Assembly (NCBI GenBank): GCA_963707635.1
Contig: OY970173.1
Span: 2,432,001-2,496,000, forward strand
Length of the DNA: 64,000 nt
Reading direction: 5' to 3'
From: Candidatus Latescibacterota bacterium
GTDB taxonomy: Bacteria > Krumholzibacteriota > Krumholzibacteriia > WVZY01 > JAKEHA01
The notes under the pieces were generated by a model. The model ran no database searches, had not been told where the DNA came from, and saw only the letters and a list, made by a program, of their open reading frames with translations. A program made the position numbers and the translations under genes. Position 1 is the stretch's first letter. The number at the start of each line of letters is the position of its first letter. This document shows, one piece after another, positions 62,325-64,000 of this stretch.

Positions 62325-62726
62325 CTAGTGCCGGCGACCCGACGGGCCTCCCTGCGGACTCGCGTCGCCTGCCACCGCGAAGTCGCGAATTGCGTCCTCG
62401 GTGCGCTCGAACGGCTTCAGAATATTACCGAACTCGAGCAGGTCGAACACCTCTCGCACCTCGGGCGACATGGCCGCGAGTTTGATGTCACCGCCGTTGC
62501 GCCTGATGCGCTTGATCTCGCTGATGAAGATACCCCAGCCCGCCGAGCTGATGTACGTCACCGCGCCCAGGTTCACGACGATCCGGTAGCAGCTCTCGTC
62601 GACGATCCGGGCCAATGTCTCCTCCAGGCCGGACGCATTGGTGGTCTCGATGGTGCCCCGGAGGGTCAGCACGGAAACCGGGTTCGTCGAGCCGGTACGC
62701 TCTTCAGTAATGACCAGTTTTTCCAT
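62325..62726 (-). CDS. STAS-domain anti-anti-sigma factor (copy 1)
   Basis: GTIETTNA, VNLGAVTYISSAGWG and GGDIKL. Confidence 0.92.
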   Translation of the reverse strand: MEKLVITEERTGSTNPVSVLTLRGTIETTNASGLEETLARIVDESCYRIVVNLGAVTYISSAGWGIFISEIKRIRRNGGDIKLAAMSPEVREVFDLLEFGNILKPFERTEDAIRDFAVAGDASPQGGPSGRRH

Positions 62727-62761
62727 GAGATCAAGTCCCGAACTGCTTCTCGATGCAAGAG

Positions 62762-63898
62762 CTAGTCCAATAGGGCCTTCAATAGAAAATGTATGCCCTG
62801 CCTGTCGTTACCCGACAACTTGAGGTTCTTCTCGGCCTTCCTGAACCCCGGGTTGCGAACCAGAGCGTGCCGGAACGCTTCATGCGCCTTGTCGATGAAG
62901 AGTTTGCATTTTGCGGCATAGAGCACCCCCAGGTCGTTCTGTATGTCCGCATAACCGGGGTTCGATTCAAGCGCGACCTTGAGCCGTTCGATCAGGGCGT
63001 CGATTTCCTGCTCGGTGAGCTCGTCCGCGCGGAACTTGAGCACCAGGTATATCTCCAGCGACAGGTCCGTCCCGGCCGCCGTGTCCAGTTCCTGGCGAAT
63101 CTTGGCCAGGCGTTCGTGCACCACGTCGTATTGCTCGCTCTCGGTGGCACGCACCGCCTCGCGAAAGTCCTCGGTGTCCAGCTGGGGCTTGAGCTGCAGG
63201 TTGAGCTGCAGGACCCGGCTGAGCCGGGGCCGCAGGTCGCGCGAGAGCTCGTAATCCTGCTTGAGGACGACGTTCAGCGTGAGCGCGAGCGCGATGTTCA
63301 GCAGCGCCGACTGATAGTAACGGTTCAGCTCGAGCGCCCGTTCGAACTCGGCCACGGCCTCGCGGCAACGCTCGAGCCGCAGGTAGGCCGTGCCCAGGTC
63401 ATTATGTAGGTCGGCGTAGTCCGGCGCCAGCTCGATTCCTTTCTGAAACGATCGCAAGGCCTTGTCGTGGTCGCCCAGCGCCAGCAGGCAGTTGCCCAGG
63501 ATCGAATAGCCGCTCGCGTCCTCTAGCCCGAGCTTGATCGAGCGAATCACCTCCGCCATCGCCTCGCGGTAGAGCTTCTGGCGGAACAGCGCCTCGCCGA
63601 GCTTGAGGTGGGCGCGGCCGTCGACGTCCTTCTTCAGACGATCGCGCAGGTCGAGCAGGGACATGAGCCGGGACTTGTACTCGTCGTGCACGCGCCGCAC
63701 CAGCGGGCGCAGCGATTCCGGCGTGAGCGAGGGGTCGTAGGCGACCGCGTGGCGCGAGAGCATCGTGCCCTCGTGGAACAGGGACGTCACCACCGTCCGC
63801 TGCGACGCCACCAGGCTCGACTGGACGTAGTACTTCGTCCCGCTCGAAAGAATCTCGCTACGGTGATCGTAGCCTTCCATCGTCGCTACCTCTCTCAT
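62762..63898 (-). CDS. Tetratricopeptide repeat protein
   Basis: AHLKLGEAL, LGNCLLALG..A...F.K.IEL.PDYADLHNDLG and NPGYADIQNDLG. Confidence 0.88.
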   Translation of the reverse strand: MREVATMEGYDHRSEILSSGTKYYVQSSLVASQRTVVTSLFHEGTMLSRHAVAYDPSLTPESLRPLVRRVHDEYKSRLMSLLDLRDRLKKDVDGRAHLKLGEALFRQKLYREAMAEVIRSIKLGLEDASGYSILGNCLLALGDHDKALRSFQKGIELAPDYADLHNDLGTAYLRLERCREAVAEFERALELNRYYQSALLNIALALTLNVVLKQDYELSRDLRPRLSRVLQLNLQLKPQLDTEDFREAVRATESEQYDVVHERLAKIRQELDTAAGTDLSLEIYLVLKFRADELTEQEIDALIERLKVALESNPGYADIQNDLGVLYAAKCKLFIDKAHEAFRHALVRNPGFRKAEKNLKLSGNDRQGIHFLLKALLD

Positions 63899-63959
63899 CG
63901 CGGTTCCACTATAGCTCGCCCCGCGCGCGCACACAAGCCGGCCCGGCACCCGCGCGTCT

Positions 63960-64000
63960 TCACGCCACGTCGTCCGGGGTCAGCAGCGTGATCGCGATTC
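63960..64000 (-). CDS. Possible 3' end of a CDS entering from the right edge
   Basis: ...IAITLLTPDDVA-TGA with the GC3-rich codons typical of this genome. Confidence 0.35.
   Translation of the reverse strand, partial: IAITLLTPDDVA

Overview
This is a high-GC, gene-dense chromosomal window from a diderm, LPS-producing bacterium. Secreted proteins ending in a 'QNRPNPFNP' FlgD-Ig-type domain suggest a non-Bacteroidota FCB-group lineage such as Krumholzibacteriota or Latescibacterota (inference only). The main feature is a ~14 kb respiratory cluster next to tRNA-Phe (16.4-30.6 kb) with about 68 c-type heme motifs in seven proteins. It contains an MtrA/DmsE-like decaheme, a beta-barrel and a hexaheme lipoprotein (a porin-cytochrome conduit); a Rieske/cytochrome b complex with a nonaheme cytochrome; two CbcL-like multiheme-c/cytochrome-b fusions (13 and 19 hemes); an ImcH-like NapC/NirT protein; and a tetraheme c554-like cytochrome. 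On the other side of the tRNA lie two secreted modular proteins carrying both cohesin-like and dockerin-like modules, one with a PQQ/GSDH-type propeller. Other content: a GldA/F/G-like ABC system, a mycobacterial-type MTHFR-like gene with a dipeptide epimerase, a ppk1-CHAD-sixA-ppx cluster running into signalling genes (one a probable pseudokinase), galE, uvrA, mazG, OmpA with TSP3 repeats, tandem XRE-cupin regulators, LPS core genes with a radical SAM enzyme, tsaC/purE/purD, a lamin-tail protein cluster and tandem STAS proteins. Three clear and one possible single-base frameshift, one in normally essential tsaC, probably reflect assembly indels. No CRISPR array, integrase or transposase was seen. 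All family calls come from motif recognition by eye, not database searches.
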